From positions 1-61,851 of IMG/VR virus record IMGVR_UViG_3300033182_001489: DNA of 61,851 nucleotides; one strand, written 5' to 3'. The position numbers and the translations under genes are program-made. Source of the DNA: a virus. Lineage: Duplodnaviria; Caudoviricetes. How positions within the stretch are numbered: the stretch's first letter is position 1; each line of letters begins with the position of its first letter. The notes under the pieces were generated by a model. It made no database searches. It was given only the letters and a program-made list of their open reading frames with translations, and was not told where the DNA came from. Of this stretch, positions 1-10,528 are shown in pieces.

Positions 1-1
1 A

Positions 2-748
2 GAAGGACCACAAGGGCCAGAAGGCCCACAAGGGCCAGCAGGACCTAGCGGCCCGCAAGGACCACAAGGACCAGAAGGCAACAAAGGGCCTGATGGAAAT
101 CAAGGACCTAGCGGCCCACAAGGAGGAGAAGGACCAGAAGGACCACAAGGACCTCCAGGAGGTGCTGGACCTCAAGGAGCAACTGGTCCCCAAGGACCTG
201 CAGGGCCTGAAGGACCTCAAGGGCCCGCGGGAGGATCTACTGGACCACAAGGACCAGAAGGACCCCCAGGCCCACAAGGAGATCCAGGCGCACAAGGAGA
301 TCAAGGTCCTCCAGGACCAAAATCATGCATAGTAAGTACTGAATCTTATGGATTTAGAGCGCTGGCTTGTGTTGAAGCTCCTGAAGTTTTATTTTTCGAT
401 GTTATATCTATTAATAATTTAAAATATTTAAAAAACTCACAAACAAGTGAAATTGAAATTGACCCAATATTTATTGAATCCTGCGAAAAAGATTCTATTA
501 AGCTAATATCACACACTGCCGACGTAGCAATAACACTTTGCGGCTTCATAAAAGAAAATAAAATAATCGTAAAAACAAATCTAGAAGGTGAAAAATTATT
601 CAGAAAAGCAAATATAAACCTAACAATATCAGGAGTTAGAAAAGGTTTTGCAAATTTCAGAATTCCAGAAAAATCACAAGATCAATTTGAAAAAAATGAA
701 AAATTCTGGCAAACAGTAGGTAAACAAAATTTCGTAACAGAAAAGTAG
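2..748 (+). CDS. Collagen-like (G-X-Y) fibre protein, 5'-partial, with a C-terminal phage fibre/chaperone-like domain
   Basis: Frame from nt 2 reads [19 protein letters not shown]...GPPGPK (about 105 aa of G-X-Y), then [17 protein letters not shown]...[13 protein letters not shown]...ISGVRKGF, ending at TAG 746-748. Missing from the ORF track because its start lies outside the window. Confidence 0.85.
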   Translation, partial: EGPQGPEGPQGPAGPSGPQGPQGPEGNKGPDGNQGPSGPQGGEGPEGPQGPPGGAGPQGATGPQGPAGPEGPQGPAGGSTGPQGPEGPPGPQGDPGAQGDQGPPGPKSCIVSTESYGFRALACVEAPEVLFFDVISINNLKYLKNSQTSEIEIDPIFIESCEKDSIKLISHTADVAITLCGFIKENKIIVKTNLEGEKLFRKANINLTISGVRKGFANFRIPEKSQDQFEKNEKFWQTVGKQNFVTEK

Positions 749-778
749 ATTTTTACTTCACAACATTTATTATAAACA

Positions 779-1120
779 ATGTTAGATTTAATAATTTATT
801 ATATAATTGGAGGATTAGTATCTTCTGGAATTATAATTATATGGAATTTTTCATATATTAGTATTCATTTACTTGGAGGGTTTTTTAAGGGTCGAGATAT
901 TGAAGATGTAGATCAATTAGCGAACTGCATTGCGGAAAAATACCCAACCCTTTCTGAATTTTTATTTTGCCCATTATGTCTAGGTTTTTGGGTATCTATC
1001 TTAATCGCCTGTCTAATGGTTGACGTAAATAATCTAAACCCTTGGTTTATACCCTCATGCGGGTTTAGCTGGCCGCTTATGATTTTTTTATTCTTTAAAC
1101 ATTTTGACGATGGACAATAA
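779..1120 (+). CDS. Small membrane protein with CxxC motif (DUF1360-like)
   Basis: Hydrophobic helices; motif FLFCPLCLGFWVS resembles the DUF1360 CPxCxxxW motif. Confidence 0.55.
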   Translation: MLDLIIYYIIGGLVSSGIIIIWNFSYISIHLLGGFFKGRDIEDVDQLANCIAEKYPTLSEFLFCPLCLGFWVSILIACLMVDVNNLNPWFIPSCGFSWPLMIFLFFKHFDDGQ

Positions 1121-1346
1121 CGACATATATAAAGTAACAAACCAATTTTTTGCAAATGGCTGCAAATATCTATCCTTCGATCAGTGCGAAAAATTACACG
1201 CCGACTTTCTGGAATCTCTAGGAGGGGGAGGCTGTAGCGCCTGCAAGAGAAGAAAAATGAAAAACAAATACTCTCGAATTCTTCATGATGTGATTAGAGA
1301 ATTAAAATATGAAGATGTTAGGAATGTTCCCGACACTAATCAATAA
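1104..1346 (+). CDS. Small Cys-containing hypothetical protein
   Basis: 80 aa, overlaps the previous stop; contains GGGGCSACKRRK. Confidence 0.6.
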   Translation: MTMDNNDIYKVTNQFFANGCKYLSFDQCEKLHADFLESLGGGGCSACKRRKMKNKYSRILHDVIRELKYEDVRNVPDTNQ

Positions 1347-2869
1347 TGAGTATTATTAGAGGCCATAGCTGAATGCAGGAATTCAAGAGGCCCACCCTTT
1401 AGACCACTTTCAAAAACTGCAGGATAACCCTTTTTAAAAGGGTGGTTAATCCAAAATCTTTCTGCTACATTCCATTTATGAGCTAAATAACCTTCGATAG
1501 TCTTAACTAAATCCAGTTGCCTGTCAATAGCATCTATATAAAATTCTCCTATATTTGCAATATTCGGAAGAATAATTAACTCAGCTATATAACCCGCTGC
1601 ATCAAAACCTCCGTTGTATCCTGCAGTTAATCTAAATGTAGAATTATCGGGCGGCAAGTCAGCAGCGTCAAAATCAAAAAACCAATCATTTAACTGGTTT
1701 GTTTTCTTACCATTTAAATATGATATAAAATCTTTTTTAGTTTCTGTTGATGCTCCCATACCTTCTACATTAAAAAGAAAAGTATATATATTTGTTAATC
1801 CTGCCTCCGCTTCGTTTGCTTCGTAAGAAAAAGAGCCCCCACTTGTTTTATTATACTCAACATTACCATCAAAATGCAAATTAAAAGAGCCTTTAACTCC
1901 ATTTGCTCCGTAGCTTAATAAAGTTCGGTTTTTACTGCCTTCGTCAAATGATGCAGCAGCAATTATAGCAAAATTCGAACTACCATTAAAATCTTCCAGA
2001 TCCATCTTAAGATAAGGAAAGCGGCTAAAATACAAAACATCTTTACATGCCAGACTATCTTGATTACCATTCAATAAAGGCAAGACGTCATAACCTGCTT
2101 CGATTGAACCTTCTAGGGCGCTAAGTGTCGAATCGCCACCTTCCCATTTTTCAAATTCATTTCCACCATTCACACTCTTCCATAAATTTACCCCTGGTTC
2201 TGAAAATTGATATGCATTATTTTCAGAGAATTCAAACGAAGAATAAATTGACGCATCAAACTGCATCAACTCTTGAGCAGAGCCAGTTAGGCTAGGTTCC
2301 CATTTTTTTGGATTAGTCGAATCTCTCACACTGACCTGATATTGAAGAGCCTCTTCTGTATAATAAAATCCACTTATATTATTCCCACAACCTCTTGATA
2401 CATTTGAGTTAACAGGCAAATTATTAACAGAATAGTTTTGATAGAATTCATGAATATTACCTTGCAATGCAAATGGATTCTGGAATAAATCGCCATAAGA
2501 ATAAAATAAATTATTATCTTGATCATACATTCTTGAATTAGATCCAGTAAAACTAGTAATAAAATCAACTTTATTTATATCGCCAGTAAGATAAAACACC
2601 CCTTTCATTGGGTCAACATCAGAGCCATCTTCAAAATCATCTCCAAAAACATGATCATAAGGGTCTCCTCTTAAGTAGTCATCAAAAGCTCCAGTTGCAA
2701 ACTCAGCAATACCCGTTTCCGTAATTCTGCCTAATTCTCCAGTAGGTATATTTGCAAAACCAAAACCAAGTTTTTCCAAATTACCCTCTCTATAAGGACC
2801 AAGATCTATATTATAGTTAACAAAGTCTCCAGAGGCAGGCTGGTTAAAAAATCGATAATATAATCCCAT
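1340..2869 (-). CDS. Virion/tail-tip protein with C-terminal LamG/concanavalin A-like domain
   Basis: 509 aa at the end of the tail operon; RTLLSYG...GYIAELIILP...IEGYLAHKW pattern typical of LamG-like domains. Confidence 0.6.
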   Translation of the reverse strand: MGLYYRFFNQPASGDFVNYNIDLGPYREGNLEKLGFGFANIPTGELGRITETGIAEFATGAFDDYLRGDPYDHVFGDDFEDGSDVDPMKGVFYLTGDINKVDFITSFTGSNSRMYDQDNNLFYSYGDLFQNPFALQGNIHEFYQNYSVNNLPVNSNVSRGCGNNISGFYYTEEALQYQVSVRDSTNPKKWEPSLTGSAQELMQFDASIYSSFEFSENNAYQFSEPGVNLWKSVNGGNEFEKWEGGDSTLSALEGSIEAGYDVLPLLNGNQDSLACKDVLYFSRFPYLKMDLEDFNGSSNFAIIAAASFDEGSKNRTLLSYGANGVKGSFNLHFDGNVEYNKTSGGSFSYEANEAEAGLTNIYTFLFNVEGMGASTETKKDFISYLNGKKTNQLNDWFFDFDAADLPPDNSTFRLTAGYNGGFDAAGYIAELIILPNIANIGEFYIDAIDRQLDLVKTIEGYLAHKWNVAERFWINHPFKKGYPAVFESGLKGGPLEFLHSAMASNNTHY

Positions 2870-2872
2870 TTA

Positions 2873-5800
2873 TCACTCCATTACTCCTTTACCTCTATAC
2901 CAAGTTCCTAAGTGAAAATTAGTTCCCATTTGAGAACTTTTTTGCGAAGCTATAAACGAATTATAGGTTTCTAAATTTTCTGAACTTGCAGAGGTCATTA
3001 CTCCATCTTGATTCATAAGTGTGCCTTGAATCAGTTCATGATTAACTGCAACATTAGCTAAATAATTTTGAGCACCCCTGATCGCTTCTCTACTTAATGA
3101 AAATGTAGTACCTACAGTACCATCTGCAGCAATAGAAAGAGTATAAGACTGCAGTCCGCCCTCCACTGTTGGAAGAACTGGAGAAGATTCCCCGCAAGTA
3201 GTAATAGTATACGAGCTATCTGGATCTAACTCCTCATTAACCATCTCTCTCACAGTATTGCCTAAAACTTGATTAACATAATTCGGATTATAACCATCAG
3301 TCCTAGATCTCCAGTCAACAATATTACCATAACAATCAAGTGTTCTCCATAAAATCCTACCACTCATATCGGTATGCGCAAACTGAAATTTATAAACCTG
3401 CGAGTCGCAATGAGGCATATCTTTATAATCCTGATAAAAAAACCTAGAAACTTTTGCTTCGAACTTAAGATTTTTAACCCTTCTTTCCCCAATCCATTCG
3501 AGATCTTGATTTAAAATTAAATTATCCAAAGAAAAATCAACTTGATCAGGGTCAGACTCTTGGGCGGGATCATGATTTTTTTCATGCAAGACTGGATTCA
3601 TAATAATTCCCAGTGTTGCTTGCTGCATAGAAAACCTAACTACGTCATTACCAGTTTTTTCTACTTTGCTTTCAACGCCTCCAGCCATAGAAGAAAGCCA
3701 TTTATTAGCCAAAGGTAATTCGTATTCTTTTTCATCAGAATCCCAAATAACTATACCCTTAGGTTCAAAACCCCTACAAAGCAGTTTATTATTTTCATTT
3801 TCTTCAGCTATTTCATCATTATCCATTCCATTTCCATTTTTAAAAGCTTCTTCTTCTTCGGCTTGTAATTCTGGAACATCATTCCCCTTATCTAATGCTA
3901 TAAATTTTAACTTAGACGCGAGGTGTAAAAATTGCGTCACACTTAAATCAAAAACTTGATCAAATTCATCTTCCCACTCTCCTCCTGCAGCTATTACTTC
4001 AGCCCTGTCAGCTTCTTCTTCTGGAGCACCAACTCTCCTTATACCTCCTGCCAACTCCCATTCTTTTAGTCGGTCTCCGTATATTTTTTCATAAATTGGA
4101 GCAAATACAGTATTTCTTACTGATAATCTTTTATCATACCAATACAACCTTCCATGGGGTAAAGAATAATCCCTGTGATTATGTTGACGTTCAGTCATTA
4201 ACGAAGCTCCTCCGCCACCACCTCCACCAGCCCCACTTAAGGCCCAAAATCTACCTATTGTTCTAGCTAAAGAACTTAACATTTCTGCCCTATCTGCTGC
4301 AGAACCAGAAGACCATTGGCCACCACCAACCTCACTTGCAAAATTAGGCCTCACTGCTTTGTCTGGCTGAGGCTTTGAACCTCCACCCTTTACATCTTTG
4401 CAGTTAACATTAAAACCTGCATCAAGAACCAATATTTGCCTACCACCTCCTGGAGGAACGGTAATTTCTTGGTTTTGATTTGAACCATCATTCATTAAAG
4501 CTTTAACAAACTGTCCTTCAGTAATATTACCAAATGCCCCAAAATTTAATACAGCTGGCCTAACACATGGAAAAAGTAAATTAACAGGAATATTTTGAGT
4601 TATTTTTTCCTTATCGCCAGCTTTAACAGGTAACGGAGCGCTCTCCTGACAATCCATTCTGATATTCTTTGCATTACCACCCTCCTGCATATGATCTTTC
4701 AAAGCTTGAGGGCTAAAAGTTTTAATTATGCCATTAGCCTTAGACTCTCTTAATCTTTTTATATGTATGTAAGTAGGTAGCCCATCCCAATTTTGCCAAA
4801 TTTCATCAAGTATCGCGATCTTTAATAATCTTTTTAATTGACTCACATATTCTTTTGTCATATTTGGCTGATACATCGACACAAATTGAGAATTCTGGGT
4901 GCCCTCGACAACCTCATCAGACCCATCTCCGTTTCCAGCATTACCTTTATCTTCAGCCTCTAAATCTTCAGCTTCTTTTCTGGTTTTAGGTTTTTCATTT
5001 TTTGGATTAAGTGGGTCACAAACAGGCAAAGGCAAACCTAATAGGTCTATAGCTAAAAATGTGCCTGTAAATTCTCCAAGGAAAAAATCGTCATGTTTCC
5101 ATGTCGCCCAAGCCCCCTGTTCAAATGTATTTCTTATATTAACAGTTTCTTTAATTGCTGTAACATTACATCTACTACCAACTTTTTTTGCGGCATCTTT
5201 TGGTATTCTAGGAAGCTCACTCAAGCCATCAAGCTGACCTGAGTTATTTGCAAATAAAAACCACCCACATTTACCAGCGATTGTAGTTATTACAGATAAG
5301 GCATTACCAGTCATTTCTAGAAATAAAAGTTTTGTATTATTCTGTTCTCTTAACAAACTTTTCAATCCAGCGCCTAATAAATGATTAATCTTACTATCAT
5401 TAGCAATACTGGATGCAGAATATGCAGTAAACTCGCTACCAAGTTTTTTATAATCGTTACCAGCATCTCCACCTTGATATACTACTGGAGCAGGACCAAG
5501 CCTTACTGTATCCAAATCCCTTCTATTTGGCGCACCAGGCGCAATGTGGTACAATGTGCCATAAACCGAAACGCAACTGCTTGACAAATGATCTCCAACC
5601 ATCCAAGTATATCTTTGACCTCTTTGAATTAATTGCCTATTAATAATTAAATGCCTTTGCAAATCAATAAAAGCTTTATCCTCAAAATGAGCAGTTAAAA
5701 CTTTACCACCAACAGTATTATTAATATCGAATTGAACTAAAACTTGATTTCTAGTAAAGCCCGTTATCCCGACCTCCATACCTTGATTTAGGTTGATATT

Positions 5801-5956
5801 ATTGATTGATGCATTATAATTGCCGTCTTTATTTACATAAGAAACGGTGTGAGTGCCAGGTCTTCCTCCAAAACCTCCTGTGAAATTTATTTCATAAGGG
5901 ATTGCGCCAAATAAAGATTCTGGATATATACAATTACTTTTGATGTTTGAGGCCAT
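2873..5956 (-). CDS. Large tail-tip/baseplate hub-type structural protein (putative)
   Basis: 1027 aa, tightly packed in the post-TMP operon; function inferred from position only. Confidence 0.5.
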   Translation of the reverse strand: MASNIKSNCIYPESLFGAIPYEINFTGGFGGRPGTHTVSYVNKDGNYNASINNINLNQGMEVGITGFTRNQVLVQFDINNTVGGKVLTAHFEDKAFIDLQRHLIINRQLIQRGQRYTWMVGDHLSSSCVSVYGTLYHIAPGAPNRRDLDTVRLGPAPVVYQGGDAGNDYKKLGSEFTAYSASSIANDSKINHLLGAGLKSLLREQNNTKLLFLEMTGNALSVITTIAGKCGWFLFANNSGQLDGLSELPRIPKDAAKKVGSRCNVTAIKETVNIRNTFEQGAWATWKHDDFFLGEFTGTFLAIDLLGLPLPVCDPLNPKNEKPKTRKEAEDLEAEDKGNAGNGDGSDEVVEGTQNSQFVSMYQPNMTKEYVSQLKRLLKIAILDEIWQNWDGLPTYIHIKRLRESKANGIIKTFSPQALKDHMQEGGNAKNIRMDCQESAPLPVKAGDKEKITQNIPVNLLFPCVRPAVLNFGAFGNITEGQFVKALMNDGSNQNQEITVPPGGGRQILVLDAGFNVNCKDVKGGGSKPQPDKAVRPNFASEVGGGQWSSGSAADRAEMLSSLARTIGRFWALSGAGGGGGGGASLMTERQHNHRDYSLPHGRLYWYDKRLSVRNTVFAPIYEKIYGDRLKEWELAGGIRRVGAPEEEADRAEVIAAGGEWEDEFDQVFDLSVTQFLHLASKLKFIALDKGNDVPELQAEEEEAFKNGNGMDNDEIAEENENNKLLCRGFEPKGIVIWDSDEKEYELPLANKWLSSMAGGVESKVEKTGNDVVRFSMQQATLGIIMNPVLHEKNHDPAQESDPDQVDFSLDNLILNQDLEWIGERRVKNLKFEAKVSRFFYQDYKDMPHCDSQVYKFQFAHTDMSGRILWRTLDCYGNIVDWRSRTDGYNPNYVNQVLGNTVREMVNEELDPDSSYTITTCGESSPVLPTVEGGLQSYTLSIAADGTVGTTFSLSREAIRGAQNYLANVAVNHELIQGTLMNQDGVMTSASSENLETYNSFIASQKSSQMGTNFHLGTWYRGKGVME

Positions 5957-8373
5957 TATAAATCATCATAAGTTATTTCAGTTATTTGCTGAGGAGGCTT
6001 CCTTCTATCTTGACTCCAGCCTCCAGCACTCCTACGCTGCTTGGGCTCATAAGGAGATTGCTCTCTAGTAGATCCATCAGAATTCATCAACAAGCCCGCT
6101 TCAGTTAAAGCGTCCTGAATGCTCCAATTATCCCCGTAATTAGGTATTTCAAAAAGTTCCACAGTTTGTTGGTTAGTATTAGGTGAAGAGTCTGTATTAT
6201 TATACACTATTTTAGTAGGTCTTTCTAGTATGAAAGCTTTACCCTGTTCGATTAAATCCACGCCAGCAGCATGATAGACGAAAGATTTAGGGTCCATCCT
6301 TATTCCATTCAAATAGGATACAAAAGAAGCGTAAACAAATGGTTGCGCAGAATTGTAATCAAAATAGTTATCTGACTCGCTGGCATTTTCATTATACCTA
6401 ATTGAATAATCATTCGCATCATCGTCTAAATAAAACTCAGGCTCAATATGGTAATACCCAGAAGAATTATAAATCTGAGAAGACAGTATATCTATATAAT
6501 GTTTACCTTCGCCATAATCAAACCTAACTTCGTAGTCATGCATAGATCCTGATATAAGTTTTTTTCCATTAAAAAATAATTTAAAATTACCAGTAGGAAA
6601 GGATTTAATGTTTTTTGTTGTGGCATCATCAGACCAAGTATTGAATTTATAAATTCCAGGGGTAGAATAAAAATTATTAAAATCTTTATTTTTTACAATA
6701 TCTATCATAGGATGAGACGTAATTAAGCTAAGATCATAATCATCATAATAAATTTTTGATAAGCCTGGAGTAGATCTTTCATCATGAGAATAAACAGCAT
6801 AATCTCCATTTACAATAGATTGAGTCTGAGGGTCGTTACACTTAACATTATCTAAAACCATGTCTCCTTTAGCTTGAGCAACACCATTAATATATAAGGC
6901 AATCTTTTCCTCATCATAGTCTAAATCTAAAGAGGTCGAGATTGCATCATGCCCATCAAATGGAGAAAAAACATCAATATCTCCAAAATTTGATACTGAG
7001 AATAAATTAACCCCCATGTGTGTCTCCATAATATCGTCAGCGTCATCTCTTGCTCCAAGATAAGTATACGAAGTAGGGCCATATCCTATATTTCCGTCAG
7101 GCATTACAATAGGTAGTACTCCAGACATTTCATAATAACCAAAATCAGAAAAATAATTTTTAGTCTCACCAACTAAAGGGGTAACTCTATATACATCATA
7201 AAGTTTACCACTAACTCCAGAATGATAATATATTGGTTCGGGAGCAAAGCCCTCATCAGACCATGAAACAGAATCACTATTTAATCCAGTAACAAAACCA
7301 GTAATAGCATCATAAATCGTAGATTCAGCAAGCACCTCCTTATATATTCCCGTAGTTTCTATTTTTCCATAAACATTATTACTTGAATAATCTGAATCAT
7401 ACTGATAATAATAATCTCCAGAATTAACGATGCCAGTTAATGTATCTCCAGTAATATATTGATAAGTTGAAGACCTCTGTTCGTACCCAGTTATAACGTC
7501 AACATAACCAGTAATCCCAGAAACAGTATAATCAACAACCTTTTCAAACTCATTCGACGGCCTTTGATCAACATACGATCCAGAAGTTTCGGGAATATAA
7601 TTTATAACCTCATAAGTTGATTTAATTATATTTTCTATATCTTCATCAATCATCTTACCATCAAAGTACATAAATCTATCAATATTCCCAAGATACTTAT
7701 ATGCAGAATCCTGAAGATTTATACCCTCATCTCCTTTATAATCCCCAGAACCTATGTACCACTTAGACCCTGATGACGAAAAACATTCACAAGAATCATA
7801 ATTAAAAATTTTAGACTCAAATTCCTCAAGAGCAAGATTCCACCTCCTCATATGTACTTGAGAAATTTCTTCATCTATTGTTATGGCATAAATATTCTTT
7901 TTGTCAGGAATGTTATTAAACGTCACCATTTGCGGGCCATGAGACTCCTTGTATTGCATAAATAGTTTATTTGCCGAATTAATGCCTATTTCAAAACCTT
8001 TATCGGCACCATTAAAACTACTAAATAATATCTCTGGACCTCTTTGATGTTTACATTGAGAAAAAATTATAGTCGAGTTACCGTGCTCAAAACTTAATGA
8101 ATTTTCTATCTCTACTGCGCAGGTCTCAAAATTTGCACCAAGACTATTATATGTTTCAACAAAATGCCCAGTAACATTCGAGCTATCCCCAATAAATTGA
8201 CCACTATTAATCCTCGCAGGAGTCGAATCAAAGCCAAGTTCTTTTATAATTTCTAAACATTGCGAAAAATTTTCATCAGTTTTAATAAACCCAGAGTCAT
8301 AATTACTCATTTTAGAAAAATCATAATACACCCTAAGGTTAATATCTTCTTTAGTCTCTGGATTAGTATACAT
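5956..8373 (-). CDS. Tail-associated structural protein with N-terminal LamG-like domain
   Basis: 805 aa; YYDFS...FEIGINSANKLF...WYIGSG...LGNIDRFMYFD, followed by TG/SG-rich beta repeats; its start overlaps the upstream stop. Confidence 0.55.
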   Translation of the reverse strand: MYTNPETKEDINLRVYYDFSKMSNYDSGFIKTDENFSQCLEIIKELGFDSTPARINSGQFIGDSSNVTGHFVETYNSLGANFETCAVEIENSLSFEHGNSTIIFSQCKHQRGPEILFSSFNGADKGFEIGINSANKLFMQYKESHGPQMVTFNNIPDKKNIYAITIDEEISQVHMRRWNLALEEFESKIFNYDSCECFSSSGSKWYIGSGDYKGDEGINLQDSAYKYLGNIDRFMYFDGKMIDEDIENIIKSTYEVINYIPETSGSYVDQRPSNEFEKVVDYTVSGITGYVDVITGYEQRSSTYQYITGDTLTGIVNSGDYYYQYDSDYSSNNVYGKIETTGIYKEVLAESTIYDAITGFVTGLNSDSVSWSDEGFAPEPIYYHSGVSGKLYDVYRVTPLVGETKNYFSDFGYYEMSGVLPIVMPDGNIGYGPTSYTYLGARDDADDIMETHMGVNLFSVSNFGDIDVFSPFDGHDAISTSLDLDYDEEKIALYINGVAQAKGDMVLDNVKCNDPQTQSIVNGDYAVYSHDERSTPGLSKIYYDDYDLSLITSHPMIDIVKNKDFNNFYSTPGIYKFNTWSDDATTKNIKSFPTGNFKLFFNGKKLISGSMHDYEVRFDYGEGKHYIDILSSQIYNSSGYYHIEPEFYLDDDANDYSIRYNENASESDNYFDYNSAQPFVYASFVSYLNGIRMDPKSFVYHAAGVDLIEQGKAFILERPTKIVYNNTDSSPNTNQQTVELFEIPNYGDNWSIQDALTEAGLLMNSDGSTREQSPYEPKQRRSAGGWSQDRRKPPQQITEITYDDL

Positions 8374-10253
8374 TAATCAAGGCTCCTTTTCTTTTTAGCG
8401 TGACTGGTTTGATCAATTTTAGTCGAACCAAGGTTTTGATTCCTTGAAACAGTTGCGTCACTACCCTCTCTATCCTTAGCATTACTAACTCTTCCATCAA
8501 CACAGCTAAGCTCATGCTCAAATCTATAATTTTTAGAAAATTGACTTGGGTGCTTTTTACCAACTTCATGACTCGTTTCAGTAGTACATCTCTGATCAAG
8601 CTCAATCAATGTAACTCCTGGAAGTATATTTTCAGCTAAAGTTCGAGCGACAGAATCAACATCCCACTCTGGATCATCAGGACAATCTTGGGACTTTTGC
8701 CCACTAATACTTAACCTTCCATCATTAAAGTTATTACTTTTAATAACGCAAAACTTAGGCTCTCCGCTTTGGTCAAGGTTTAGCATAGGCTCAATAGAAA
8801 CATTCTCAATTGGGTCAGTAATATTTACAGTGTAATCCCATTCACGATCAAGCTCTTTTTTATCAGACCAGGTAAAACTATAATTTTTAGAACAATCTTC
8901 TTTTCCCTCTCGCAAGTTTTCTTGTTCTGTATTAGGGTTAAGAGAACCTCTTTCAAAACATGGGCCTAATAAAATTTTAATCATGTCTTCAGAAAAGTAA
9001 GTTCTAAATCTTGAATAAAACTCATTAGCCAGAGGAAAATATTTTTCTGGATCCCAAGCTTCTTCCACAGCTTCGCACTTACAATTTCTCGAAACTGTTG
9101 TAAATGGATAATTTTCATTAGCCCTTAATGTCCCATTAATAGTTATTGATATTATGCCGTCACCACTAATGCTTGAAGATAAACAATATTCATCAATAGT
9201 CTTACCTCTCTTATCTTCTACTGGGTCAGGTAAAAAAGTTATAGACCACTGTATTGAAGGAGGGTTTTCAGATTTAGTTATAGATCTTTCATCAACATCT
9301 GCGCCATAACCTTCATATTTATTTAATCTTTTTTCTAAAAGAGCTTCAAGAACCTTCATAAACTTAGGGTCATGAGGGTCTTCACAAGATGGTGACATAT
9401 TATATGTAAAAGTCCCAGAATGGGTAATTGTTTGTCTTTGATCTCTATCCTCAGAGATGGTTTTACAGTAAGTACTCGTTACATTTTTATTATCATCTCC
9501 ATCGTCAGGCTCGACAACATTTTTATATATAAACCACGTCTTCGTCATTGAGTGTGTGCAATTTGCAAGATCGACAGATTCTTCAATATTAGGACAATTC
9601 AAAGTATCCGACATTGGGTTTTTAGGAAAATTGATTGTTGCAGGCTTAGGGCATTCTTCTGATATATTATCCAAAACCCATTTTGTCGCCTCAGTTATAT
9701 CGCAAGTACAATCTGGACATTCGCCAAAATTTGACACGGAGGCAGAAACATTATGGGAGACTGTTATCTTTTCATCATCCTCATCTGCAGAAATAATACT
9801 AGATGGGTTTTCAATTTTAAACGCCGTTCCATATTCAGGATCAACCCATTCAAGAGTGATACTATAAGATACATTGGTTATGTAGGAAGAAGAAGAAACT
9901 GAGACCCCTTTAACTCGAACATGTTCAAAAGTATTACCATCAACTTCAAGAGTTCCGCAGTCTTCAGAAAATAATTCCAATAAAGCCTCTCTTGCGTTTA
10001 CTTTTTCCTGAGAATCACAACAAGCAAGAATTCCATCTATACTTAAAGTTCCATATTTTCCTGCGTCTTGCCCAGAGCAACTTCCTTTATTAATTAACTG
10101 TTTAACCGTAATTGTAGGAGGAACCATGTCAGGAGCAATGACATTACCATTCCATTGAGCTTGTTTAGCGCTAGGAAATAATTCTAAGTCAACGCAGGGA
10201 GGATACTGAAACGCATCATCCCCACTTATACTTCCGTATGATTCTCCAGTCAT
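8373..10253 (-). CDS. Cys-rich tail protein, paralog of 10525..12204
   Basis: 626 aa, about 22 Cys; SISGDGIISITINGTLRA resembles SWSETGMVTISINGSIKG in the 559-aa protein. Confidence 0.6.
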   Translation of the reverse strand: MTGESYGSISGDDAFQYPPCVDLELFPSAKQAQWNGNVIAPDMVPPTITVKQLINKGSCSGQDAGKYGTLSIDGILACCDSQEKVNAREALLELFSEDCGTLEVDGNTFEHVRVKGVSVSSSSYITNVSYSITLEWVDPEYGTAFKIENPSSIISADEDDEKITVSHNVSASVSNFGECPDCTCDITEATKWVLDNISEECPKPATINFPKNPMSDTLNCPNIEESVDLANCTHSMTKTWFIYKNVVEPDDGDDNKNVTSTYCKTISEDRDQRQTITHSGTFTYNMSPSCEDPHDPKFMKVLEALLEKRLNKYEGYGADVDERSITKSENPPSIQWSITFLPDPVEDKRGKTIDEYCLSSSISGDGIISITINGTLRANENYPFTTVSRNCKCEAVEEAWDPEKYFPLANEFYSRFRTYFSEDMIKILLGPCFERGSLNPNTEQENLREGKEDCSKNYSFTWSDKKELDREWDYTVNITDPIENVSIEPMLNLDQSGEPKFCVIKSNNFNDGRLSISGQKSQDCPDDPEWDVDSVARTLAENILPGVTLIELDQRCTTETSHEVGKKHPSQFSKNYRFEHELSCVDGRVSNAKDREGSDATVSRNQNLGSTKIDQTSHAKKKRSLD

Positions 10254-10255
10254 AA

Positions 10256-10528
10256 TTAAAGTCTAGACCCTGGAATTCCTTGAGGCCTATGTTTCCAATA
10301 CATATTTGAAATATAACTCGCTGTTAAGAATTCTATTTCTTCTGGGTTGCCTAAGTCTGTAGGTAAGAAAAAGCCCATCTTAGGGTGATAGTTTATTACT
10401 CCTGCCATTTTTTTCGAAAAATCTACATAATAATCTTCTGTACCAAGAATGTGCCCATCAAAAGAAGGGGTTTGTTCAGTTATCCATTTTTTTTCGTTTG
10501 ACTTTCCTCGTATTTTATTATTTCTCAT
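10256..10528 (-). CDS. Hypothetical protein
   Basis: 90 aa; ATGA overlap with the upstream gene, in operon. Confidence 0.55.
   Translation of the reverse strand: MRNNKIRGKSNEKKWITEQTPSFDGHILGTEDYYVDFSKKMAGVINYHPKMGFFLPTDLGNPEEIEFLTASYISNMYWKHRPQGIPGSRL

Noticed and set aside
93-332. 79-aa KDQKDHKDL-repeat ORF
   Set aside because: It is an off-frame shadow of the collagen G-X-Y codons in the frame starting at nt 2.
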